A stretch of DNA of 39,643 nt from a virus, in UHGV virus genome UHGV-0215940. One strand, written 5' to 3'. Below the pieces are notes generated by a model that saw only the letters and a program-made list of their open reading frames with translations, made no database searches and was not told the origin of the DNA. The position numbers and the translations under genes are program-made. Of this stretch, positions 21,458-29,530 are shown one piece after another (within the stretch, counting starts at the first letter, position 1; each line of letters begins with the position of its first letter).

Positions 21458-21717
21458 CAGAACACCTCCTTGATTCGTTTGAGTAACAGACGGACGAACG
21501 GGAAGCGGGTTACTTCCACGCTAAGAACCGGACGTTTCTTGTCTATTGCTTTCTCAAAGTCACCACGGGTGATAATGATGTGGACGCTCGGTGCCAGAGG
21601 AACTGTGTTACCAATAAGAGGTAACTTAGCTCGGCGCTCGCTCGCACATACGATTGAACGGTCAGCACGGCGAACCGTGAAATTCTTAATGCTTTTGTTG
21701 TAATGAAGTCGAAACAT
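21457..21717 (-). CDS. 1.6: gp1.6
   Basis: 86-aa ORF directly after phi1.6. Confidence 0.8.
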   Translation of the reverse strand: MFRLHYNKSIKNFTVRRADRSIVCASERRAKLPLIGNTVPLAPSVHIIITRGDFEKAIDKKRPVLSVEVTRFPFVRLLLKRIKEVF

Positions 21718-21723
21718 ATAATG

Positions 21724-21745
21724 TCTCCTTTAGTGAGTCGTATTA
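21724..21745 (-). promoter_or_regulatory. T7 RNAP promoter phi1.6
   Basis: reverse complement reads TAATACGACTCACTAAAGGAGA. Confidence 0.85.
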
Positions 21746-21832
21746 AGCGTGACCATCTGGCATATCATCATCGCTACAGCAGAGCGCAAGACATCCGATG
21801 ATTATGATGAGTAATGGCATTAAGTACATCAT
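21743..21832 (-). CDS. 1.5: gp1.5-like 29-aa hydrophobic peptide
   Basis: ATGATG start after phi1.5; MMYLMPLLIIIIGCLALCCSDDDMPDGHA. Confidence 0.6.
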   Translation of the reverse strand: MMYLMPLLIIIIGCLALCCSDDDMPDGHA

Positions 21833-21840
21833 GTTGTGTA

Positions 21841-21862
21841 TCTCCTTTAGTGAGTCGTATTA
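21841..21862 (-). promoter_or_regulatory. T7 RNAP promoter phi1.5
   Basis: reverse complement reads TAATACGACTCACTAAAGGAGA. Confidence 0.85.
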
Positions 21863-21864
21863 AA

Positions 21865-21894
21865 CGCAGAAAGGCCCACCCGAAGGTGAGCCAG
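21865..21894 (-). terminator. Early terminator TE (rho-independent, for host RNAP)
   Basis: reverse complement reads CTGGCTCACCTTCGGGTGGGCCTTTCTGCG, a hairpin plus T-run directly after the ligase stop. Confidence 0.85.
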
Positions 21895-21899
21895 TGTGG

Positions 21900-22922
21900 T
21901 TACATTTTCTCTTGAGGGTTGTCCTCGGTGCCACGGAACATTACGAACGATGGGTGACGCAGAGAGCCGTCAGGTGTTTCCTCCATGTACGCAATCTGGC
22001 AAGCGTGTCCGTTGTAGTAGGTTTCACCTTCAATGTTAACCGTGTTAGTAAATTCATCCATTAAGGTGCGAGAGATGTTTGTGGCGTTGACTACACGACC
22101 ACTCTCAAGAAGCACCTCAAATCCGATTACTTTACCTTCATTCGCTAAACCTTCGGTTCCCCATACAAGACCCTGAATGATACCGTCAGCCTCGTTCTCT
22201 GGCTTGAGTTTCCACCAGCCGGACTTCTTACCGCGCTTGTAGATACACATCGGGTCTTTCACAATGAGACCTTCATGCCCTTCTTCACGCTTCTTCTCAT
22301 ACAGTTGCTGTAGTTCCACCATGTCGTAGACCTCGTAAGACTCAGCCGCTTGCCATTCGATTTCAGGGAAGTATTCCTGTAGCAGAGGCAGCATGTTCTT
22401 AACGTGTTCCTGCATGAGCAACGTCATGACATCACAGTCTTCTCCAGACTCCACGATGTGAAGCGGGAGGATAGCGTACAGTTGGACGTGAAGGTGTCCA
22501 GTGTGCAGCTTAAAGGGAACTTTATCTTTCTTACGTACTGTCTCTACGAATAACTCTTCGTGGAACTCTTGGTTCTTGGTGTCAGTCCATTTGGTGCGCA
22601 GTAGGCCTGACCCGGTGTTAAAGTCTACGCCTTTGACCATGAGTTCCCCATCCAGCATAAAGCCGTCTTTGTAGAAGCAACGGTCATCGTTCAGCAGACG
22701 CTTCCAGCGAACATCAAATCCGTTTAGGTGCTCCAGTGCCGGAATCGTTTTAGATACACGAGAGAGCCAGCAACTGTTAGCGGTATTGTCTACGCAGATG
22801 TTCCCACGTACACCATCGTACTTGATGTCAGCGATAAGATACCCAGCGTTATCCAGAGCTTTCTTAATGGAAGACTCTACGAAAGACACTGCTTTAAACG
22901 GACTGGTCTTAATGTTCATCAT
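21900..22922 (-). CDS. 1.3: ATP-dependent DNA ligase (gp1.3)
   Basis: 340 aa with the adenylation motif KYDG (DIKYDGVRG); T7 ligase is 359 aa; this one lacks about 19 aa near the C-terminus. Confidence 0.95.
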   Translation of the reverse strand: MMNIKTSPFKAVSFVESSIKKALDNAGYLIADIKYDGVRGNICVDNTANSCWLSRVSKTIPALEHLNGFDVRWKRLLNDDRCFYKDGFMLDGELMVKGVDFNTGSGLLRTKWTDTKNQEFHEELFVETVRKKDKVPFKLHTGHLHVQLYAILPLHIVESGEDCDVMTLLMQEHVKNMLPLLQEYFPEIEWQAAESYEVYDMVELQQLYEKKREEGHEGLIVKDPMCIYKRGKKSGWWKLKPENEADGIIQGLVWGTEGLANEGKVIGFEVLLESGRVVNATNISRTLMDEFTNTVNIEGETYYNGHACQIAYMEETPDGSLRHPSFVMFRGTEDNPQEKM

Positions 22923-22930
22923 AATGTTTA

Positions 22931-22980
22931 TCTCCTATTGGTTAAATGACTAAGGCCACTCATAGAGCGACCTTAAGCAT
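22931..22980 (-). promoter_or_regulatory. RNase III hairpin R1.3
   Basis: gactaaggccactcatagagcgaccttaagc interrupted stem-loop between phi1.3 and gene 1.3. Confidence 0.55.
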
Positions 22981-23003
22981 TGTCCCTATACTGAGTCGTA
23001 TTA
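22981..23003 (-). promoter_or_regulatory. T7 RNAP promoter phi1.3
   Basis: reverse complement reads TAATACGACTCAGTATAGGGACA. Confidence 0.85.
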
Positions 23004-23273
23004 CTTCCAGTGCTTCAAATCGCTATGCACCTCGCGTAACCATTCGGTCTGTGCGTTACAGCGCACATCTTCATCATCGTGTTCGAACCTCTTGGATGTT
23101 AGCGCTCCGCCATTCCGTAAGACCACTCGAAGAGTCTCTCCAGCTACCCATCGGCACAGTGCATAGTCCTCGCGTCGATAAGTCTCAGCGACCACATCAA
23201 CATCATGGTCTTCTTTGAGGCGCTTGATAACATCTTTGTATGCTGCCAGATTGCCACTATACAGACGTCCCAT
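23001..23273 (-). CDS. 1.2: gp1.2 (host dGTPase inhibitor family)
   Basis: ATG overlapping the 1.1 stop (TAATATG); 90 aa MGRLYSGNLAAYKDVIKRLKEDHD...HSDLKHWK. Confidence 0.8.
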   Translation of the reverse strand: MGRLYSGNLAAYKDVIKRLKEDHDVDVVAETYRREDYALCRWVAGETLRVVLRNGGALTSKRFEHDDEDVRCNAQTEWLREVHSDLKHWK

Positions 23274-23274
23274 A

Positions 23275-23406
23275 TTACTGACCCTCCCAGCAGCGTTTAT
23301 GCGCACGGGTGCGTAAGGGTTTATTAAACTTACGACCTTTAGTTGCCTCGAAGCGGTCATGAGCGTTACGGTTAGAACGTTTGGTCATCTTTTCGAAGTT
23401 ACGCAT
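23275..23406 (-). CDS. 1.1: gp1.1 small basic protein
   Basis: 43 aa MRNFEKMTKRSNRNAHDRFEATKGRKFNKPLRTRAHKRCWEGQ with GAGAGGA SD. Confidence 0.8.
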   Translation of the reverse strand: MRNFEKMTKRSNRNAHDRFEATKGRKFNKPLRTRAHKRCWEGQ

Positions 23407-23410
23407 ACTT

Positions 23411-23485
23411 AAAGTCCTCTCTTAGTAATTCTTTAATTTAAATCTCTAATTAACACTTAAGGGTCTTAAAGTTAAACCTTAAGGT
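23411..23485 (-). other. AT-rich primary replication origin region
   Basis: About 75 bp, more than 75% A+T, immediately downstream of the tandem phi1.1A/phi1.1B promoters, as at the T7 primary origin. Confidence 0.6.
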
Positions 23486-23507
23486 TCTCCTATAGTGAGT
23501 CGTATTA
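23486..23507 (-). promoter_or_regulatory. T7 RNAP promoter phi1.1B
   Basis: reverse complement reads TAATACGACTCACTATAGGAGA. Confidence 0.85.
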
Positions 23508-23559
23508 ACCAGAAGAAGGTCAATCATAAAGGCCACTCTTGCGAATGACCTTGAGTTTG
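23508..23559 (-). promoter_or_regulatory. RNase III hairpin R1.1
   Basis: caatcataaaggccactcttgcgaatgaccttgag between the two phi1.1 promoters. Confidence 0.55.
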
Positions 23560-23582
23560 TCCCTCTATAGTGAGTCGTATTA
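23560..23582 (-). promoter_or_regulatory. T7 RNAP promoter phi1.1A
   Basis: reverse complement reads TAATACGACTCACTATAGAGGGA. Confidence 0.85.
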
Positions 23583-23590
23583 ATTTGACG

Positions 23591-26242
23591 TTACGCAAAC
23601 GCGAAGTCTGACTTAAGGATGTCTTGGAGATTCAAGTTACCCTTAGCCGGAAGAGCTGGCATTTTATCCAATTGAGACTCATGCAACTGGTCCGCGAACT
23701 GGTCATAGAAGTCAGCCAGTACATCACAAGACTCATAGGTGTCAACCATAGTTTCACGCACAGCTTTGAACAAGTTGGCAGCATCAGCGGGAATTGTCCC
23801 GAAGGAGTCGTGAATCAACGCAAATGATTCGATTCCGTACTTCTCATGCGCCCACACTACAGTCTTACGCAGGTGGCTACCATCTTGGCTGTGTACAAAG
23901 TTAGGAGCAATACCGGACTCCTGTTTGTGTGCATCAATCTCGCTATCCTTGTTAGTGTTAATGGTTGGCTGTAAGCGGAACTGACCGAGGAACATCAGGT
24001 TCAAGCGAGTCTGAATAGGCTTCTTGTATTCCTGCCACACAGGGAAGCCATCAGGAGTTACCCAATGCACAGCGCAACGCTTGCGAAGAATCTCTCCAGT
24101 CTTCTTATCTTTGACCTCAGCAGCCAGCAGCTTAGCAGCAGACTTGAGCCAGTTCATTGCTTCAACCGCAGCCACCACGGTCACGCTCACAGCTTCCCAA
24201 ATCAGTTTAGCCATGTATCCAGCAGCCTGATTAGGTTGAGTGAACATCAGACCCTTGCCGGAATCAATAGCTGGCTGAATGGTATCTTCCAGCACTTGTT
24301 GACGGAAACCGAACTCTTTGGACCCGTAAGCCAGCGTCATGACTGAACGCTTAGTCACGCTGCGAGTAACACCGTAAGCCAGCCATTGACCTGCCAGCGC
24401 CTTGGTGCCCAGCTTGACTTTCTCAGAGATTTCACCAGTGTTCTCATCGGTCACAGTAACTACTTCGTTATCGGTCCCGTTAATTACATCTTCTTGCAGA
24501 ATCACGTTGACTTTCTTAGCGACAATCCCATAGATGTCCTGAACGGTTTCGCTAGGCAGCAGGTTAACCGCACGACCACCTATCTCGTCAAGGAGCATCG
24601 CGGAGAAGTGCTGAATGCCAGAGCAAGACCCATCGAACGCCAGAGGCAGAGAGCAGTTGTAGCTTAGGCCGTGGTGCTGTACCCCAGCGTACTCAAAGCA
24701 GAACGCAAGGAAGCAGAACGGAGAATCTTGCTCAGCCCACCAAGTGTTCTCCAGTGGAGACTTAGCGCAAGCCATGATGTTCTCGTGGTTGTCCTCAATG
24801 AACTTGATGCGCTCAGGGAACGGAACCTTATCGACTCCTGCGCAGTTTGCACCGTGGATTTTCAGCCAGTAGTAACCTTCTTTACCGATTGGTTTACCTT
24901 TCGCCAGCGTCAGCAGACCTTTGGTCATGTCGTTACCTTGTGGGTTGAACATTGACACAGCATAAACGCGACCGCGCCAGTCCATGTTGTAAGGGAACCA
25001 GATGGCCTTATGGTTAGCGAACTTATTGGCTTGCTCAAGCATGAACTCAAGGCTGATACGGCGAGACTTTCGAGCCTTGTCCTTGCGGTACACAGCAGCA
25101 GCAGCACGCTTCCAAGCGGTGAGCGCCTCAGGATTCGTGTCGATGTCTTCCGGTTTCATCGGGAGTTCTTCCCGCTCAATCGCTGGGATGTCCTCGACCG
25201 GGCAGTGCTTCCACTTGGTGATTACGTTGGCTACTGCTAGGACTTTCTTGTTGATTTTCCATGCGGTGTTTTGCGCAATGTTAATCGCTTTGTACACCTC
25301 AGGCATGTAAACATCTTCGTAGCGCATCAGTGCTTTCTTGCTGTGAGTACGCACCAGTGCCAGAGGGCGACGACCGTTAGCCCAATAGCCACCACCAGTA
25401 ATACCAGTCCACGGCTTAGGAGGAACTACGCAAGGTTGGAACATCGGAGAGATACCAGCCAGCGCACCTGCACGGGTTGCGATAGCTTCAGCGTATTCCG
25501 GTGCAAGTTCGATAGTCTCAGAGTCTTGCCCTACTACGCCAGCATTTTGACGATGTAAGCTAACCATTCCGGTTGACTCAATGAGCATCTCAATGCAGCG
25601 CACCCCAACGTGAATGGAGTCTTCCTTATGCCACGAAGACCACGCCTCGCCACCAAGTAGACCCTTAGAGAGCATGTCCGCTTCGACAACCTGCATGAAT
25701 GCTTTCTTGTAGACGTGCCCTACGCGCTTGTTTAGTTGTTCCTCAACGTTTTTCTTGAAGTGCTTAGCTTCAAGGTCACGGATTCGACCAAAGCGCGCCT
25801 CGTCCTCAATAGCTCGACCGATTGCACTTGCTACAGCCTGAACGGTTGTATTGTCTACGCTCGTTAGGCAAGCCAGAGTTGTCTTAATGGTGATGTACGC
25901 TATCGCTTCCGGCTTGATTTCTTGCAGGAACTGGAAGGCTGTCGGGCGCTTACCGCGCTTAGCTTTCACTTCCTCAAACCAATCGTTGATGCGTGCAATC
26001 ATCTTGGGGAGCAGAGTAGTAATGAGAGGCTTAGCGGCAGCGTTATCCGCAACCTCACCAGCTTTAAGTTGACGCTCAAACATCTTGCGGAAGCGTGCTT
26101 CACCCATTTCGTAAGACTCATGCTCAAGGGCCAACTGTTCGCGAGCTAAACGCTCACCGTAATGGTCAGCCAGAGTATTGAACGGGATAGCAGCCAGTTC
26201 GATGTCAGAGAAGTCGTTCTTAGCGATGTTAATCGTATTCAT
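23591..26242 (-). CDS. 1: T7-type single-subunit DNA-dependent RNA polymerase (gp1)
   Basis: 883 aa MNTINIAKNDFSDIELAAIPFNTLADHYGERLAREQ...; specificity loop LQPTINTNKDSEIDAHKQ; ends ...SDFAFA; a handful of substitutions compared with T7 RNAP. Confidence 0.99.
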   Translation of the reverse strand: MNTINIAKNDFSDIELAAIPFNTLADHYGERLAREQLALEHESYEMGEARFRKMFERQLKAGEVADNAAAKPLITTLLPKMIARINDWFEEVKAKRGKRPTAFQFLQEIKPEAIAYITIKTTLACLTSVDNTTVQAVASAIGRAIEDEARFGRIRDLEAKHFKKNVEEQLNKRVGHVYKKAFMQVVEADMLSKGLLGGEAWSSWHKEDSIHVGVRCIEMLIESTGMVSLHRQNAGVVGQDSETIELAPEYAEAIATRAGALAGISPMFQPCVVPPKPWTGITGGGYWANGRRPLALVRTHSKKALMRYEDVYMPEVYKAINIAQNTAWKINKKVLAVANVITKWKHCPVEDIPAIEREELPMKPEDIDTNPEALTAWKRAAAAVYRKDKARKSRRISLEFMLEQANKFANHKAIWFPYNMDWRGRVYAVSMFNPQGNDMTKGLLTLAKGKPIGKEGYYWLKIHGANCAGVDKVPFPERIKFIEDNHENIMACAKSPLENTWWAEQDSPFCFLAFCFEYAGVQHHGLSYNCSLPLAFDGSCSGIQHFSAMLLDEIGGRAVNLLPSETVQDIYGIVAKKVNVILQEDVINGTDNEVVTVTDENTGEISEKVKLGTKALAGQWLAYGVTRSVTKRSVMTLAYGSKEFGFRQQVLEDTIQPAIDSGKGLMFTQPNQAAGYMAKLIWEAVSVTVVAAVEAMNWLKSAAKLLAAEVKDKKTGEILRKRCAVHWVTPDGFPVWQEYKKPIQTRLNLMFLGQFRLQPTINTNKDSEIDAHKQESGIAPNFVHSQDGSHLRKTVVWAHEKYGIESFALIHDSFGTIPADAANLFKAVRETMVDTYESCDVLADFYDQFADQLHESQLDKMPALPAKGNLNLQDILKSDFAFA

Positions 26243-26249
26243 TTAGTGC

Positions 26250-26312
26250 CTCTTCCGGTTAGTAAATCGTACCTATTCAGGCCACCCACAGATGACCTGT
26301 AAGATAAGACTA
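26250..26312 (-). promoter_or_regulatory. RNase III hairpin R1
   Basis: ctgatagtcttatcttacaggtcatctgtgggtggcctgaataggtacg between 0.7 and gene 1. Confidence 0.55.
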
Positions 26313-26528
26313 TCAGCCCATTAGCATTGCGTCAAGTTTCTTGTCGATGTTAAGCGGCAGACCATTAACGATAGCCATTCGGTCAGCATCACACCAGTGC
26401 GCTGCGATTCGTTCCTCAAGAGCCTTAAAGTCCCCAGCGGACATGTTGACCCAGAGCATAGCGTTATTGGTCCTTCCCAGTACATCTACAGCTACCTCAT
26501 GGTTACGTCGTTCTTGACGTTTAGCCAT
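26313..26528 (-). CDS. 0.7: gp0.7 C-terminal (host transcription shut-off) segment, 71 aa; a separate ORF here because of an upstream in-frame TGA
   Basis: ATG at 26526-26528 immediately follows the TGA at 26529-26531 in the same frame (reverse complement reads TGG TGA ATG GCT AAA); ends ...KKLDAMLMG. Confidence 0.7.
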   Translation of the reverse strand: MAKRQERRNHEVAVDVLGRTNNAMLWVNMSAGDFKALEERIAAHWCDADRMAIVNGLPLNIDKKLDAMLMG

Positions 26529-27392
26529 TCACCACGCAGCAAGCATTCTCTCGGCCTTCGCTTGGTGTGGTTTACGTGCCTTGCGGTTGCGACGTTTGAA
26601 TCTGCGTGCCTCCAATCGACCCACATGACGTGATTTACGTTCCCTAGCGCGGTCAATTTCTTTCTGACGTGCGACTTCCTCGACTTCCTTGATGAGTTCC
26701 TCGGGGTCGATACTGAACGAGCCACCATCTTTCTTCTGAGAGAACGATACAGGGTCGGTAATGAAGGGCGTATCATCATCACTGAACATGATGTTACCGC
26801 TGTGCATATCGAACGAAGCGATGCCCTCAAAGAACTTGCGGATTAACTTACAAGTCTCTACGAACTCGCCATCCCATCCAGTTAACACATCGTGCGCATC
26901 TGATTTGAAGTCAATGATGTCGCTTGCAATCTCAGCGTATTTATAATGCTCATCATTGTTGAAACGCTCGCAATCATTCAGTGCATCGAGTACCACCGTA
27001 TAGCATCCAGCGTGGCGCTGAACATCGTAGACGTTAGGGATACCGGCACGGCCCTGATACATGCGGCAGAATGCGGTATACGCAGCGCCTGAGTCCTCTT
27101 TCTTAAAGCCCACCTTAATCACTCTGTTGGGCAGCAGCGGGTGACTATAAGCAGCCGAGAAGTGACCATTACCAAGCATCTTGAAACCTGCGTCAGCCGT
27201 GAGGCACTTCAAGGTAGTCCACCAATCTTGATGCTCAAGTGCCCGATTTGGTTCGGTAATTTCGCCATCACACGTTTCGCTGTTGACCATCTCGACCAGT
27301 AAGTCGATAAGCATACCTTGGCGCTTGTCAAGTTCACAGATTGGAAGTGCTTTGATTGTGTCGATAGCGTTCATGATGTCGGTAATGTTCAT
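26529..27392 (-). CDS. 0.7: gp0.7 Ser/Thr protein kinase domain, 287 aa, ending at an in-frame TGA
   Basis: [32 protein letters not shown]...; with the downstream segment the total is 1080 nt, the size of T7 gene 0.7 (359 aa). Confidence 0.9.
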   Translation of the reverse strand: MNITDIMNAIDTIKALPICELDKRQGMLIDLLVEMVNSETCDGEITEPNRALEHQDWWTTLKCLTADAGFKMLGNGHFSAAYSHPLLPNRVIKVGFKKEDSGAAYTAFCRMYQGRAGIPNVYDVQRHAGCYTVVLDALNDCERFNNDEHYKYAEIASDIIDFKSDAHDVLTGWDGEFVETCKLIRKFFEGIASFDMHSGNIMFSDDDTPFITDPVSFSQKKDGGSFSIDPEELIKEVEEVARQKEIDRARERKSRHVGRLEARRFKRRNRKARKPHQAKAERMLAAW

Positions 27393-27414
27393 TGCAGTGT
27401 GTCCTTTAAGTTCG

Positions 27415-27633
27415 TTATGAGATAGCGTTCAGTGTGTTGGCTAGTGCCTGTTCAAGTGCGGCGAGTTTCTTGGCTTTAACCTTTTCTTTTCGACGATGCC
27501 ATGCCGCCCTTTCTTGGGCCTTGCGGCGTTCAAGGTTGTTCTCTCGCCACGTCCTTACTATACGTCTATTTGCAGCGTATAGTGTACCGTTGGGCATGTA
27601 ACCTTTCTTTAAGCTATCAGTGCGTTCTGTCAT
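27415..27633 (-). CDS. 0.6B: 0.6B-frame ORF: alternative-frame continuation of 0.6 (T7 0.6B is a frameshift product)
   Basis: 72-aa [29 protein letters not shown] overlapping the 0.6A end in another frame. Confidence 0.4.
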   Translation of the reverse strand: MTERTDSLKKGYMPNGTLYAANRRIVRTWRENNLERRKAQERAAWHRRKEKVKAKKLAALEQALANTLNAIS

Positions 27634-27793
27634 AGCTGGAACCTATCTTGTTCATCTTGCGGTTGATTCGGAGTTCACGCTTAAGGCGTTCAATTCGCTG
27701 TTTCATTGCGAACCCATCAGGTGTGCATACGGTTGACCCGTTGGAAGTGTGGATAGGTATAACGTAGTGCTTCATACCATACTGTTTCATCAT
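27617..27793 (-). CDS. 0.6A: gp0.6A
   Basis: ATGATG start overlapping the 0.5 stop (ATGA); 58 aa [58 protein letters not shown]. Confidence 0.7.
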   Translation of the reverse strand: MMKQYGMKHYVIPIHTSNGSTVCTPDGFAMKQRIERLKRELRINRKMNKIGSSYDRTH

Positions 27794-27915
27794 TTGCGCA
27801 GTGCTCCCGTGATAATACAAGCCACCAAGTAAGAGCCTAGAGCTACACCCAAAGACTTCCCAAAGGATGCACCTGCAGCTAGACCCAGAGCGGTGAGTAG
27901 ACCGATAGTAACCAT
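27790..27915 (-). CDS. 0.5: gp0.5 small membrane peptide
   Basis: 41 aa MVTIGLLTALGLAAGASFGKSLGVALGSYLVACIITGALRK; GGGAG SD; hydrophobic. Confidence 0.6.
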   Translation of the reverse strand: MVTIGLLTALGLAAGASFGKSLGVALGSYLVACIITGALRK

Positions 27916-27940
27916 GTGCGTTACTCCCATTCAAGTAAAG

Positions 27941-27988
27941 TGATAATCATAAAGGCCACTCGCTAGGAGCGACCTTGAGCCTATCACT
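27941..27988 (-). promoter_or_regulatory. RNase III hairpin R0.5
   Basis: gtgataatcataaaggccactcgctaggagcgaccttgagcctatcac. Confidence 0.55.
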
Positions 27989-28136
27989 CAGCAGATTCCA
28001 AAGCTATTGCCTTGTTGTTTTCGTACAGTTCCTTAAGGTGTGCCATTGCGAGCGACCAATCAAACCCACAGCGCACCATGTCACTATAAAACAGTACAGT
28101 TTGAGCGGTCAGACCATATTGCGTGTTGTTAGCCAT
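27984..28136 (-). CDS. 0.4: gp0.4, FtsZ inhibitor family
   Basis: 50 aa [50 protein letters not shown]; ATG overlaps the ocr stop (TAATG). Confidence 0.7.
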   Translation of the reverse strand: MANNTQYGLTAQTVLFYSDMVRCGFDWSLAMAHLKELYENNKAIALESAE

Positions 28137-28498
28137 TACTCTTCACCCTCTTCGTAGTCTTCATCTTCCTCGACTTCCTCAAGGTACTCGTTCAGCAAGT
28201 CCTCAGCGTCTTCCCAGAGGTCAATCGTGAGTTGCTCATAGATGCGAGCTTGCAGGATGCGGATTACGTCCTTGGTGTCCGGCATCAGACCAGAGTCCTC
28301 GAACTCAAGGTCAATGCCTTCACTTGCCATTACGCTAAAAATGTCAGCGTAGTAGTGCGGGATTGCACTATCGGCAGCCATGTGAATAGCATCGTGCAGG
28401 TCATCAGTGTCGCGGATGTCATCATAACGGATGTTTTCTTTCAGCATTTCGTAAGCGTGGTCGAAAACGTTGTTGTAAGTCATGTTAGACATAGCCAT
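28136..28498 (-). CDS. ocr: Ocr (gp0.3), DNA-mimic anti-restriction protein
   Basis: 120 aa, highly acidic, [43 protein letters not shown]...; first gene after the early promoters. Confidence 0.95.
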   Translation of the reverse strand: MAMSNMTYNNVFDHAYEMLKENIRYDDIRDTDDLHDAIHMAADSAIPHYYADIFSVMASEGIDLEFEDSGLMPDTKDVIRILQARIYEQLTIDLWEDAEDLLNEYLEEVEEDEDYEEGEE

Positions 28499-28519
28499 CT
28501 TGTGTTACCTCGTGCAGTT

Positions 28520-28570
28520 GTTAGTGAATATCATAAAGGGCACCTTGCGATACCCTTGAGTTATTCGCTA
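28520..28570 (-). promoter_or_regulatory. RNase III hairpin R0.3
   Basis: gtgaatatcataaagggcaccttgcgatacccttgag upstream of ocr. Confidence 0.55.
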
Positions 28571-28671
28571 TTTATGCACCCAAGAGCTATTTACCAGATT
28601 GTTAAAGAGCATGTCGGTCAGGTTTCGTTAGACCCTAGCGCGTTTCAGTGTTGCGCCTCACTGTCGTTTCA

Positions 28672-28710
28672 TGTGGTACATCTTATCGTACTTTCGTTAC
28701 CGTGTCAACG
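28672..28710 (-). promoter_or_regulatory. Additional A3-like sigma70 early promoter, not present in T7
   Basis: reverse complement reads GTTGACACGGTAACGAAAGTACGATAAGATGTACCACATG; -35 TTGACA, 17-bp spacer, -10 TAAGAT; close paralog of A3. Confidence 0.55.
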
Positions 28711-28842
28711 CTTAGTTTGACTAGAAGATAACTTGGTGCTTATCGTGTCTGCATACTCCAATAAGCGGTGCCTTATCCGTGGCGAGTATCCGGCAGGTTT
28801 CGCAGTTCCTATCCGTTCTCTCTTTGTGCTGACTCGTTGCCA

Positions 28843-28884
28843 GCTGTGGTACATCGTACCGTGTTTACTGCATGTTGTCAACCG
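28843..28884 (-). promoter_or_regulatory. Host RNAP early promoter A3
   Basis: reverse complement reads GGTTGACAACATGCAGTAAACACGGTACGATGTACCACA. Confidence 0.7.
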
Positions 28885-28947
28885 TTTTGTTTCACCTTAT
28901 GTGCCGTGGTGCGCTTAAGTCACCTAGAAGACACCGTTCATCCGGTT

Positions 28948-28992
28948 GACGCTGTGTATCTTACTGCATGTTGCTTCGTGTTGTCAATACCT
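28948..28992 (-). promoter_or_regulatory. Host RNAP early promoter A2
   Basis: reverse complement reads AGGTATTGACAACACGAAGCAACATGCAGTAAGATACACAGC. Confidence 0.7.
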
Positions 28993-29074
28993 GTTTTTCG
29001 TGCGACTTACAGGCTGTCTACTTATCCGGTTGACCCCGGTATCTCAGGGAGTGGCTTTAGGCCGTTGTCCCGTT

Positions 29075-29118
29075 GACGAGATGAATAGTAACCCTTAGGA
29101 CTCTTTAAGTCAATACTC
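29075..29118 (-). promoter_or_regulatory. Host RNAP early promoter A1
   Basis: reverse complement reads AAAGAGTATTGACTTAAAGAGTCCTAAGGGTTACTATTCATC. Confidence 0.7.
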
Positions 29119-29163
29119 TTTTTTTAAATTCTTTAATTTCTCTTTTAAGGCCTCTTTAAGTAG

Positions 29164-29186
29164 TCTCCTTATAGTGAGTTGTATTA
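29164..29186 (-). promoter_or_regulatory. T7 RNAP promoter phiOL
   Basis: reverse complement reads TAATACAACTCACTATAAGGAGA. Confidence 0.8.
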
Positions 29187-29189
29187 AAG

Positions 29190-29372
29190 ACGATGGATGA
29201 AGATTATCTCTTTATAGGTAACAACAAGGCATCTTTAGGAATGGTCTTTAGGAATGGTCTTTAGGTCTATACTTTAAGATAGGCATTGACTTGATGGTGT
29301 CTTTAGGTGTGGGCTTTAGGAATGACGTTAGGAGGTGACTTTAGGAGGTGACTTTAGGAGACTGTAACAGAT
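29190..29372. repeat. Left-end CCTAAAG repeat array (SRL-like concatemer-processing repeats)
   Basis: at least six copies of ctttagg (the complement-strand form) in short direct repeats, e.g. aatggtctttagg x2 and aggaggtgactttagg x2. Confidence 0.6.
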
Positions 29373-29530
29373 AGTGACACAGAGAGACACTCAAGGTAAC
29401 ACTCAAAGCAACACCAAATGGTCAACCCAACCCTTAGGGACCCTCAAGGTCAACCGAAAGGTAACTTTAGGTGATTGGATGGGCTTTAGGTACCCCTATG
29501 GGGGGAACTTTGGGTCCGTACACTGTGAGA
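29373..29530. repeat. Terminal repeat of the mature genome, single copy; the T7 left end maps to 29530
   Basis: reverse complement of ...29530 reads TCTCACAGTGTACGGACCCAAAGTTCCCCCCATAGGGG..., which is the T7 left terminus; the inner boundary is placed by analogy to the 160-bp T7 terminal repeat. Confidence 0.6.

Noticed and set aside
26492-26830. 112-aa minus-strand ORF overlapping gene 0.7 in another frame
   Set aside because: It is embedded in the kinase coding sequence and has no SD. The 0.7 frame is the one matching a known protein.
27617-27934. 105-aa ORF spanning 0.5/0.6 in one frame
   Set aside because: It starts at TTG and fuses the 0.5-region frame with 0.6A. The separate 0.5 (41 aa) and 0.6A (58 aa) ORFs, with SDs and an ATGA overlap, fit better.
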